Positions 10,446 to 20,269 of a stretch of DNA of 64,000 nt are shown here, piece after piece. The notes under the pieces were generated by a model. It was not told the DNA's origin. It made no database searches and saw nothing but the letters and a program-made list of their open reading frames with translations. Position numbers and translations under genes: made by a program. The stretch spans positions 64,001-128,000 of the forward strand of contig BK006938.2 in the NCBI GenBank assembly GCA_000146045.2, written 5' to 3'. Numbering within the stretch: position 1 is the stretch's first letter; the number at the start of each line of letters is the position of its first letter. The stretch comes from TPA_inf: Saccharomyces (Eukaryota).

Positions 10446-12548
10446 TTACGTTCGCTGATGCAGGCCGCCAATGTGGGCGTATCGTTGATCGATGTTTGTA
10501 TGTATGTGATTACCTTTGTTTATTATTCGAAGCGATGCCTCATTTGGGCTTGCCGCGCCCACAACTTGACACGTTTCTATTTCTTTGATCCAGCCATCTT
10601 GTAATATTCCGTTTATGGTAATTCTTCTGAAAGGTGAAACTTCCAGTATACGCCTCATTATTTTGTGAGTTTCTTCTGGTAGTCTGTGCAGAATGAAATT
10701 GGGACCCATATCAATGACTCCTTCTTCGTAGCCATCATTATCATAATTATTGCTGTCATCGGTAGCAGGCCGTGTCACAAGATCTTTAAAAGATGACACA
10801 CCTCTTCCGGAACAAAATGCCTTGAATTGAACATCTTTCACTTTGGGATATTTCCAAGGAAATCTTCTCGTTATCATACAAAAGAATATTATCCCCACGG
10901 ACCAAACGTCAAGTGCTCTTGGATCGTACTCATTGAAATAAAAGACTTCGGGTGACAAGTAGGGGTCGCTACCAACAATTCCATTTGCTTCAATCATCTG
11001 TGAAGACAATGGATAGTGGAAGACACTGGAAGCGCCAAAATCAATCAATTTCAAGATTCCCCTTCGTGTTACAACGCAGTTGTCTAGCTTCAAATCACGA
11101 TGAGAGAGACCGATGTCGTGCAAATATTTTACGCCGTTGATCAGCTGTTTAAAAAGACAGCATATTTCCTCGTAATGCATCTTTTCACTCATAACCAAAG
11201 AAAATAAATCATATTCGCAATACTCGAGAATTTGGAAAATTTTACCTTTCTCATACAGTATTTCCAATGTTTCACAAATATTTGGGTTCTTCAATGTGGA
11301 GGCAATACAATATTCAGAAATTATGTTCTTGATGTATTTTCTCTCAGATTCCCTTTTTTTCTTTGACCTGTATTCCTTTAATGCAAAAACTTTATTATCC
11401 AGGACCCTTTGGACCAGTTTCACTTTACCACCAGAACCTTCGCCGAGAACAACGTCGAGATCTCTATATTTCCTGGAAACCAAGTCAGTGGATGCTTCAA
11501 TATTACTATATAAAGCCTGAATAATCTGATCTCTATCGCTGTCTTCATTCTCGATCATGAGAGAGAATGATCCAGTTGAGACTGGCGAAGAAGTTGTTTC
11601 CTTCAATGATGATGATATAGCGCAATCATCTGCAACTGTGCTTTCCTGGTGATCGCATGAGTTACTGTTGTTATTGCTAAAAGACGTTATTTTGAAGAGC
11701 CTTTTGATACTTGACAATGACGTAGTATAGGAGTGTTTTCTTATATGGGCCGTGCTTTCAGTGTCCTCGATATGTCTTGTATTTACTTGCACTGCTTCTG
11801 AATACGTGTCGTCGAGAGGATTCGTGGACAGTGAAGAGACCGAATCTTCTAGAGAATATACACGAGTAGTGAACATCCTCTCTTCCTCATAAACATTATA
11901 TTCATGTTCTGTGGAGGTGCATGCAATCTCATCACATGTCGCCGTGGCTGTCGTGACTGGAATATTGTGACCGATAGTATTAGAAGAATTGTTGTTATGC
12001 TTGTTATCACTGATATCATTCGCTAGATTTTTTTTGGTACTACTGCTGTTTTTCTTTGATGTAAAGAAAATTAATTTGCCATAACTTTTGGGTAAACTTA
12101 ACGAGTTTGAGAAAGATGACGTAAAATCGGTAGAATTTTTCCTCAATCTTCCTTTAGGAACAATAAATCTTGCTTCAACCTTACTGACCATGGGAGAGGA
12201 AATAATATTAGAGTCGATTTTAGATATGTTTTCGGGCATCTTCGTGTCAATTTTCTCCATCCAGGAAGTGGTCAGCTTTTGCACGTCCGTGTTTTCATCA
12301 TCCCGGGAAGATGCAGTAAAGTCTGTCCGAGGTACACTATCTGCAACAGGGAGAGAAGAAAAAACGGAATCATATGATTTATTTAGCGCCTCACCCGTCT
12401 TAGCAGCCATATTCACACCAACACTAGTGGGATCGCCTAACGAGACGGAATATGCCCAATTATCGGAATAGGCGTGTTCTGCAGTCAAGGAAGCTGTAGT
12501 TTTGTTATTTCTCTGATTATATCGCAGGATTCTAGACAACGACATCAC
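10446..12548 (-). CDS. PRR2: PRR2 (YDL214C), a Ser/Thr protein kinase of the NPR1 family, ~700 aa.
   Basis: The C-terminal kinase domain carries GxGxxG (GEGSGGKV), HRDLKLDN, DFG and SPE motifs. The N-terminal region is long and Ser-rich. Confidence 0.88.
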   Translation of the reverse strand: MMSLSRILRYNQRNNKTTASLTAEHAYSDNWAYSVSLGDPTSVGVNMAAKTGEALNKSYDSVFSSLPVADSVPRTDFTASSRDDENTDVQKLTTSWMEKIDTKMPENISKIDSNIISSPMVSKVEARFIVPKGRLRKNSTDFTSSFSNSLSLPKSYGKLIFFTSKKNSSSTKKNLANDISDNKHNNNSSNTIGHNIPVTTATATCDEIACTSTEHEYNVYEEERMFTTRVYSLEDSVSSLSTNPLDDTYSEAVQVNTRHIEDTESTAHIRKHSYTTSLSSIKRLFKITSFSNNNSNSCDHQESTVADDCAISSSLKETTSSPVSTGSFSLMIENEDSDRDQIIQALYSNIEASTDLVSRKYRDLDVVLGEGSGGKVKLVQRVLDNKVFALKEYRSKKKRESERKYIKNIISEYCIASTLKNPNICETLEILYEKGKIFQILEYCEYDLFSLVMSEKMHYEEICCLFKQLINGVKYLHDIGLSHRDLKLDNCVVTRRGILKLIDFGASSVFHYPLSSQMIEANGIVGSDPYLSPEVFYFNEYDPRALDVWSVGIIFFCMITRRFPWKYPKVKDVQFKAFCSGRGVSSFKDLVTRPATDDSNNYDNDGYEEGVIDMGPNFILHRLPEETHKIMRRILEVSPFRRITINGILQDGWIKEIETCQVVGAASPNEASLRIINKGNHIHTNIDQRYAHIGGLHQRT

Positions 12549-13288
12549 TCCGTATGATAAGTAAAAGGATTACGTACGCTATTGTGAACGTTTTTGCAAT
12601 CTATCTAGTTTTTCCTATTAACTTTTTTCTTTTCAAAAATTCATAAAGGCAAGGAAATATGTTCCGATTGACAATAAGTTCAGTGAGTGAATGAATGTTA
12701 ATGAAAAGAATTCAATTTCCAGATTTTCGTATTTATTTTTTTTTTTTGCACCTTTCCTTATTGTGTGACCACAGCCGAAGGTGACGAAGGGATGGAGACT
12801 AGCCAAAGAGAGCCGGCTGTTAGACAAAAAAAAAAGCGGAGATTGTTTAACGGATACGTCTTAATAAGCAATCCGGCAGCACCGAGAATGTTTTTACCCT
12901 CTGTCCTTTTTCTTGGCGTTCCTATAATTCAAATAACCCCCAATATGCTAACAGCCGTAACCTTAAATGTTAGACATGTTACCCCTGTACGTCATTGCGG
13001 GGGGAGTGCATTGATTAAGGGGTAGTAGTAAAAATTCCCACCGGACTTGAAGTGCGGAAAAGTAGCTCCGATTTGGGGAAAAAAAAGTACCAGCCGTCTC
13101 GTCTTTCATGATAAAGTGAAATAGAGCAGCGGTAATAATGCGGCGCTATTGCTTCCGGAAGAGTTTACGTATTGGGCATCTTTGCCATTTCTTTTTTTGG
13201 CAGTAGCATGATTCTGCACGATTATTTATGTTTTTCCCTTTATTTTCTTTTTGTCTAAGATACATGGCGTATAAAATTAAATTTGTAC

Positions 13289-13987
13289 TCATTTAAGTAG
13301 TTTGGCTCTATCAGGATGAATTCCTGCAGGAACAGGCTTGTTGTCTGTTCCAGAGGTTTGAGCTGCAGTGGCGGTAGTTTTGGCGATTTTCTTTTGGTTG
13401 CCGTCGTTAATCATCTTTGTCAACCTCTCTTTACGTTCTTCATCCAACTTGATGTTTTTGTTTTTCAATTTTTCTAGACGCTCTTGACTGTTACCACCTC
13501 CGCCAACAGTTAGCTCGACATTGATCTTCTTCTCTTTCAGTAAGGTCCCATGTTGTAATAAGGCAATGTCCATACGTCTTTGAATGCCGGTGCGATCTTT
13601 GTCAGCATCGAATTCCAAAAATGCAATACCTTTGTCAGCTCTGAGGCGGATCTGGTCGGGTGAACTATTTTTAAAATGGTTTTGCAATTCAACAGCAGTG
13701 ATGTCTCTAGGTAAGCTACCGACAAAGACAATAAATCTGTTGCCCTTTTTACCATTTTTGCCCTTACCACCACGGCCTCTACGTGTTTTTCTTTTTTTCT
13801 TCACGGGTTCTTCACCATCATTTCCGGCTGCACTGTTGGGTCTTTTTCCTTCTGGTGCTTGCTCTTTTTTTACGTCTTTCTCTTGATCTTTTTCCTCCTT
13901 ACTTTTTCTAAACTGCTGAGCTTTGAGCTGCTTCTTGGTCAACTTTTTATCTTCCTCGGACCCCATTTTAGCTGTAGACGTCTTCAA
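13289..13987 (-). CDS. NOP6: NOP6 (YDL213C), a nucleolar RRM protein. The open frame is 232 aa. The start I remember is probably the Met at 13966 (MGSEEDKKL..., 225 aa).
   Basis: An RRM is present (RFIVFVGSLPRDITAVELQNHF) and is flanked by Lys-rich regions. Confidence 0.8.
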   Translation of the reverse strand: MKTSTAKMGSEEDKKLTKKQLKAQQFRKSKEEKDQEKDVKKEQAPEGKRPNSAAGNDGEEPVKKKRKTRRGRGGKGKNGKKGNRFIVFVGSLPRDITAVELQNHFKNSSPDQIRLRADKGIAFLEFDADKDRTGIQRRMDIALLQHGTLLKEKKINVELTVGGGGNSQERLEKLKNKNIKLDEERKERLTKMINDGNQKKIAKTTATAAQTSGTDNKPVPAGIHPDRAKLLK

Positions 13988-14425
13988 TCTCTATCCTGTC
14001 CTCTACATTAGATTACTTTCTCATTTTCTCAGAAAACCTTTTAAGCTCATCGATTAAGAAGAAAAAAATCTTAGAAAATTTTCAGGAATGCCGGGTAAAC
14101 GTATGGGGAAAGGACTTGGTGAATCGAGTTAATGTGGAGTTCGTAATAATAGTACTCTCATACCAAGTTTTCCATCCATAATTGTTTTTGGTTGCCGTTA
14201 CTTTACACCATCACCTTTCGCCAATGTAATTGGTGGCTCTTTCCCTCTCCATCTTTTTTTATAATGTACTAAAATTAATACACGATAACAATTTTTTCGG
14301 GTTGTGTAAAAACTCTGAAAAATATAAAAAGTTGATGAAAGGACAGATTTAAGTATTTTGGAAGACAGCCGTAAATTCATTGGACTACAGAGCATAAAAT
14401 CCCGTGATACGATAAAACTCTAACG

Positions 14426-15058
14426 ATGTTCTCATATTCAGATTTCTGTTCTATCGGTACGGCCATGATCTTATCGGCCACAACGTTCCTAATGGGTGTT
14501 TTCTTCAGTAACATGCCATACGATTATCATCTTTTATTTAATCCTAACTCTACTCAAGAGCATTTCGATTTGGCACTGAGACATTACCAAATTTTACATG
14601 AGACTCCATTGCCGGTGATTGTTACTTTGTGCGTTGTTGCCGGTATTGGCTTAGTTGGTGGTACAATTAAGGTTTTCAAGCCAAACCCTGAACTGCAGAT
14701 GTTTGAGTATTGTTCATTGGGGTTGTACGTGTTGGCTATCTGTGTGTTTCTCACTAATGTGAAAACAGGTATCGACTGTTCTGTGAGCCATAATTGGGGA
14801 GAAGTTACGGAAAATCAGGGTTTGGCAGTTATTGCTTCCTCCAACATAATTTTATTAGTTATGTTTGCCGGTGTTATCATCCTACAAATTGGTTTGTGGT
14901 ACAGTAACTGGGATTTGCAAAAAAGATTAAAGGAGTTTTATGCTCAAGAAGAAAGAGAAGCTGCCAATGCCGGTAAAAAGACTGAGAAAGTTGACAATGC
15001 GAAAAAGAATGATAACAAATCTAAAGGTGCTCAAAAGAGGAAGAACGCCAAAAAATAG
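14426..15058 (+). CDS. SHR3: SHR3 (YDL212W), the ER membrane-localised chaperone for amino-acid permeases, 210 aa.
   Basis: The ORF is 210 aa, with four TM segments followed by a Lys-rich hydrophilic tail. Confidence 0.88.
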
Positions 15059-15293
15059 GCCATAATATTTTTAACATTTTCTCTTTTTGTCCCTCTTTTC
15101 CCGTCTGTGACGAAACAGACGATTATACGAATCTAGTTGTATAGTAAGATCAATATTTATTATATAAATACTGTTGAATAAATAAAACTCTATCTGCTTC
15201 GTGCATAAATTTACAAATAATTCCAAAGAAATAGCAACAAGTACCAGCCTTGTTTAGAAGTACGAAAATCTTGGAATCCACTTTTTTCTATTT

Positions 15294-16427
15294 TTAAATA
15301 ATTTCTCTCAAAAAGCTATTGGTTTGCTGAATATTTGGCCGAGTAATAGTAGACGCACTGGAACTTGTTTCTTCAATGGATGACTCCGCAGATTCATTGT
15401 ATGACGATACGTATGAAAATCTCCCGGATTCGTGATCCGCCATCCCATAATAAGGATGTGCTATATATATACCGTCTGAGGAACTAGCTCTGTGTAAATC
15501 TCTACCATTTTCAAAGGAATCTCGTTTGCCCTCGCCGTTGGTTGTTACTTTATAATTAAGGACATTTAGGAACGGATTTGACGGTGCTTCTGTTTCTGTT
15601 ACCTCATCACAACTTACCCTCTTGCCAATATCATGGCTAAAGCCCTTTTTGCTGTGATTTTTCACGTTTCGTCTGTTTCTAATAATTATGAATCCGATAA
15701 AAATTACTATTACAACTCCAATGACAACTCCAACCGTAGAACCGACAATAACTCCGGTCCTTCTATTATTGGCATCTGAGGTATCTTGAGTGTTTAGTGC
15801 ACCAGATAGATATTGATAAAGTTTAGCATCCCCGGTAATGGTATTGGATGGAATGGTGAAAGTTAACGGAGGATTTGATTCTTGAAGCACAGTTGTTTGG
15901 GGAAAGTGGGTGTTAAATGTTGTCGATCGCTCTGTAAATTTGTATTCTTGGTCATAGATGATATAAACTGAGTTCTCGCTGGTGAATACGGAGTATATTT
16001 CCGATGTAGAGGTTGAGGTAAATGTTGTAGATAATGGTGTTGTTAGTTTAGTCGTCGAAGGCTCTATGGTTGGCACCTGTGAAGTAGTGAAAGTCTTCAA
16101 TGTACTTAACAGTCCTCTATCGATAGTGATATTGCTTTGAACAGAGGAAGTGCAATTGCTAACCAGATATTGTGGACTTGAAGTGTTGTTGCGGAAGGAA
16201 GTCGTACCATATGCGGTTGATATGGGGACCTGAATCGAACTTTCTAAACCCTCAATGAGGTTCGTCGTAATTGAGGATACAACCTCAGTGGATAATGCAA
16301 AAATGTGGTCTGTAGCTGATGATAAGCTGGCGGTTTCTGACGTGTCAATTTCACTCAGACTTCTGGATTGAGGTGTGCTTATGTATTGCGAAGACGTTAC
16401 ATTTAGTAGCATGGCGAAGTATCGCAA
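15294..16427 (-). CDS. YDL211C, a Ser/Thr-rich type I membrane protein reported to be vacuolar. The open frame is 377 aa, and the annotated start is possibly the Met at 16412.
   Basis: It has a long S/T-rich N-terminal domain, a single TM segment (GVIVGSTVGVVIGVVIVIFIGFIII) and a cytoplasmic tail. Confidence 0.75.
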   Translation of the reverse strand: MRYFAMLLNVTSSQYISTPQSRSLSEIDTSETASLSSATDHIFALSTEVVSSITTNLIEGLESSIQVPISTAYGTTSFRNNTSSPQYLVSNCTSSVQSNITIDRGLLSTLKTFTTSQVPTIEPSTTKLTTPLSTTFTSTSTSEIYSVFTSENSVYIIYDQEYKFTERSTTFNTHFPQTTVLQESNPPLTFTIPSNTITGDAKLYQYLSGALNTQDTSDANNRRTGVIVGSTVGVVIGVVIVIFIGFIIIRNRRNVKNHSKKGFSHDIGKRVSCDEVTETEAPSNPFLNVLNYKVTTNGEGKRDSFENGRDLHRASSSDGIYIAHPYYGMADHESGRFSYVSSYNESAESSIEETSSSASTITRPNIQQTNSFLREII

Positions 16428-19281
16428 TAGAAAGAATTATCAAGATGCCTCGCGCCTTTTGAGGATGTAAAAATAAATCTTAACGTTCTATGAATTACTT
16501 TATTATCTCGAGCAGAACCATCTGAATTTTGTTTACGTTTAATCTATGAGAAATTTCTCTGACGCGAAATCTTTCACGTATTTTTAGAGCGCCCGCCCAA
16601 GGTAACATACAATACGGTTGATATCTCCTAGTTTGATGCGGTTAGTGAAATTAATATAATGAACTAATATACTCTTTTTTTTGTAAAATATGTACTTGAG
16701 CTGCTGCATTCTTCTTCCATCGTCCAGTGATATCGGTAAACCGGTAGCTTTTTCTTAACTTTGAACAAAGAAGAGATAACTACGGACCCTTCTCCACGTT
16801 TCGATCTTTGGCTTCACTTCCTCATAGCCTGTATTTGAATCTAGCAGGTGTAATATTGTGGAAGAATGAAAACAGTATTTTTAATGGATTACTAAGGCAT
16901 ATTTAATGCGTTGTCAAGGAGGATGCTTGCACTGCAAAAACGATACATAAGTTAGCATGGGAATTTCATTAATGAAAGAATAAATGCACCGAAACAAAAT
17001 CATGAATTAATTGTGGTTTCAGAATAATGAAAAATCCATTGGCTGTTCCTGTTCCTATGTGAATGGTTCATCTCTGCCATAATAATTACTATTTTGTTTA
17101 AAGAGTCTTTACTAGATATTGCCGTTCACCTTTTGCCTACGAGCTAGCGATAGAGATTTCTGTATGGTATCTGACTTGACATAATGTCCGACATCCCGTT
17201 GAAGATATCAAACAATACATGACAAAGGTCGGGCATTAATCTGCTCAAACATTAATTCTTTAAACCTATCTCGATCATATCTAAGAAAGAAAAAAAACTG
17301 GCTTTTCGGTTCCTAGTGTTAACTCCAGTACCTGGTGTTGAGAAAAATTTACTATGTGGCCCGGCTAAGTAGTGCAATATTCTGGTACCATACTTCTAGA
17401 AATTTTTGCGCGATAACCTAGTGTTTTCTGACGAAGATTTTGGTGTCATTTGTATCTTCGTCGGTACAAAATGGTAATCATAGTATGTTTCCATGTTTTT
17501 GGACAAAAAAAAGAAGAAGGTAGCCAAAGAGCTGAATTTGCTATTCTTTTGTGATTATTGTGCGCAAAATAGTGACATTTTCTTTCTCAAATTAGTTACA
17601 CCCCGGATCCTAACCTTTACTGGCCTGTTGACGTTATTTGTTACGGGCTCAGCCCATCTGAGTAAATTTGGCAATTGTGTTCAAGTCAACGCCTGGAATC
17701 ATTCCCAGCGTTTTATTATGGACTGGGACTCTTGCAACTGTTCTACTGGCACAGTGGATTTATAGTGAACTGGATTTTTCAAAAATGGCTTCACTTTGAG
17801 AAACACTATTTACTATGTTTGTTAACTTCTTAACAGTGTGTATTACTTTTTTGCCATATTGATATTAAAAAAGTCATTTCGACTGCTGACAGAGAATACA
17901 ACTAGTAACTGGAGAGATAGCTGGTGCAGTGAGTGATTCCACATAATGCCAGACTTCTACTCGTCAGCCAGTTCGATTGTTGAGGAAACATAGCAAAGCA
18001 GTTAAGCTGTTTTATTTGTTGGCGAAATCGAACTTGTGAAAGTTGTGGGCTATCCTCGCTTTGATTACATGAGTAGAACCCAAGGATTTATGGAAAATTT
18101 GACTGGCTTCAAGATTTTTAAGGCAGTTCTATGAGATCACACACTTAATCCGCTTCCAGAATTTATTTTCTTTTTTTGATGATTTATGCTCAAGGAATTT
18201 ACCTGTTCTCAAGAATATGTTTTTAATTCGAAGCTTTGCGTATATGATGTTTATCAATAACGTGTGCATCGTCGATATCTCTTCGCTAACAAAAAGCAAT
18301 TTAAGTACCAAACAAACAGTAGTAATAGAGTGGGTCTACTTTGTCGATTGCCGTAGCAGGACATTTAACGCAAACGCTTCGGTAATCTGGTGAAATGATT
18401 GGATTAGGTGTTTTGTAAATTTTTTTTTTTTTTAGAAGATATTAATGCTGCATAGGGGAGAGATAAACGTCGCGGGAATTTGTGGCGGTGGAGCCCAGGT
18501 ACGTATTAATTTTGAATGGCGCAAATCTACTAAGTACGGTATCATTTTGATGTCGGAATACGGATAGTCAGTCCATAACTGCACCACCAATATTTTTCTT
18601 GCCGTTCTCATTTCCTGCACAGTTTCTTTGATTATGTTTGCAGAAGAATTTCTTTATCGTTTAGTCTAAACAAAGAATTCGTTGTAAAGAATTTGAGAGC
18701 GGATCTTGCATTTTTTATTTATCATGCTTATGTTTTTTCTTTGATGTAAGAAGAAGCAAGTAAGATATGTGAATATCTTATCACTAATTCAAATAACTAA
18801 GAGAGCTCACAACGACAATTTGTGACAGCATGCGAAGCAAAGAGCAGTGATACCAGTATCTTTCATCCAGTAATAACATACGACTGATGTTATAGTTAAA
18901 TGTTACATTTTGAGAGACTTCAACCTCTCGAAACCAAGAGGTTGGTTTTAACTCTGGTGACTTCAAGAAGGGTGGGTACCTTTTACAAAGCTTGAGACGA
19001 AGCAATAGTCAGTCTCTGTATAACAAGGAGACCACCTCATTTTCCAGTAACTCTTGAGGCATGTCGGATGGTTTGCCTTGAATAAACCGCAGTCATTATA
19101 ATGAATGGCCTGTACTTTCAAAACAGTCTGGAAACAGAAATCCATTGCTGAGGTACCTTTTAGTAGCACTTTCGTTAGTGAAGGTTTAAGGTTAGTTCTT
19201 ATTTACTGCACAAGAGTTTACATTTAACCACTCTAATAGTAACTGTTAGAGTGGTTTAACTGTTAGGTGATCTGTTCATTC

Positions 19282-19524
19282 CATTTTTCGTGTTGTATCT
19301 CAAGATGAGATAGCTTAGCGTTGCTACATACATAAATCTAAACATATAAACACCTGTGTAACTCGTTAACGTCTGGGCTTCCATGCTTCTACCATTTAGA
19401 ATGATGTAGACCATTTATTCCAAGAGGATAAGCACCCTCTGTGATTCAAAATGATAATAAGTGTTGACGACAAGTTACTCTCGCAGAATTGTTGTCAACA
19501 GTCTTGTATTAGTTGTTATCCAAC
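19282..19524 (+). mobile_element. Candidate degenerate Ty3 sigma-like solo LTR remnant. It would end ~23 bp upstream of the tRNA-Gly gene.
   Basis: The segment begins TGTTGTATCTCAAGATGAGATA, which resembles the sigma 5' terminus TGTTGTATCTCAAAATGAGATATG. It lies upstream of a Pol III gene, where Ty3 integrates. The interior is diverged and shorter than a 340-bp sigma. The identity is a judgement from memory. Confidence 0.3.
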
Positions 19525-19547
19525 GCTCCCGTTTTCAAGTTCACTTA

Positions 19548-19618
19548 GCGCAAGTGGTTTAGTGGTAAAATCCAACGTTGCCATCGTTGGGCCCCCGGTT
19601 CGATTCCGGGCTTGCGCA
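19548..19618 (+). tRNA. tG(GCC): tRNA-Gly (anticodon GCC), 71 nt, with no intron.
   Basis: The sequence is GCGCAAGTGGTTTAGTGGTAAAATCCAACGTTGCCATCGTTGGGCCCCCGGTTCGATTCCGGGCTTGCGCA. The A-box TGGTTTAGTGG and B-box GGTTCGATTCC are present. The acceptor stem GCGCAAG pairs with CTTGCGC. The anticodon loop is TTGCCAT. Confidence 0.95.
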
Positions 19619-19625
19619 AGTTTAA

Positions 19626-19633
19626 TTTTTTTT
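19626..19633 (+). terminator. RNA polymerase III terminator T-run immediately downstream of tRNA-Gly.
   Basis: A T8 run begins 8 nt after the tRNA 3' end. Confidence 0.8.
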
Positions 19634-19831
19634 CTTTTTCCACATTGTTTTCCACTTTGCACTCATTTCCAGTGTTTATTGTGAATGACAATTTCTTCAA
19701 TCATTGAAATGATTGATTTTTTGGGATCTATTTTTCTCTTTAGTGGTTACTGATCAGGCAACTCTATATCATTGTTTAACCGCGGCTTGCGTATCTTATT
19801 TTCTTTTTCCTAGGCATCTTACTAAGGTACT

Positions 19832-19859
19832 CTTATCGCTAATCGCTTATCGCTTATCG
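19832..19859 (+). promoter_or_regulatory. Cluster of four GATA-factor sites (CTTATC / CTAATC, i.e. GATAAG on the bottom strand) in the UGA4 promoter. This is the UAS-GATA bound by Gln3/Gat1/Dal80.
   Basis: The sequence CTTATCGCTAATCGCTTATCGCTTATCG lies ~420 bp upstream of the UGA4 ATG. Tandem GATAAG cores are typical of nitrogen-catabolite-repression promoters. Confidence 0.8.
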
Positions 19860-19865
19860 TGCGCC

Positions 19866-19884
19866 AAAAACCGCCGGCGGCAAT
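19866..19884 (+). promoter_or_regulatory. UAS-GABA, the Uga3 zinc-cluster binding site, in the UGA4 promoter.
   Basis: The sequence is AAAAACCGCCGGCGGCAAT. It contains the everted CCG-N4-CGG core characteristic of the GABA-responsive element shared by UGA1, UGA2 and UGA4. Confidence 0.8.
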
Positions 19885-20269
19885 TTCGAGATGTTTTATG
19901 TCATGTTGGATTTTGCAATCTATTACCATGGAGGTGAGGGCCTTCGATGGTCCAATACCGGTGCACGTACCCATGTACGTTTATCGAATAAGGGGAGAAC
20001 CTACTAATTTTAAGTCGGATAACGCGGCTTGGCACAGTAATCAGTTCCTTCTTTGGGTTAGAATCTTGATGTGAGATTGTGCTCAGTGATAATGATAGCG
20101 AATACGGCTTACTCTTGAATAACAAATGCATATATATTAAGAAGTAGTTCAAACGTATTCTGTTGACTGGCATGGTCCTTTCCTTCTTGTTGTGATTATA
20201 TAAAACAGTATAAGCTGTTTACTTCAGTTGTGAAGTGTAACAAGGTCTTATAATTTATTATTACTAACA

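Noticed and set aside
17493-17765. 90-codon ORF inside the long ORF-free tract, considered as a possible pseudogene or small protein.
   Set aside because: It has no recognisable similarity and contains Cys-rich, low-complexity sequence. The surrounding tract looks like decayed repeat or intergenic DNA. It remains part of the flagged region and is not called as a gene.
19701-20260. Three overlapping 70-90-codon ORFs (19713..19937, 19859..20074 and, on the minus strand, 19901..20173) between tRNA-Gly and UGA4.
   Set aside because: They overlap one another in different frames, span the known UGA4 regulatory elements (GATA cluster, UAS-GABA), and have no coding-like composition. They are best explained as promoter DNA.
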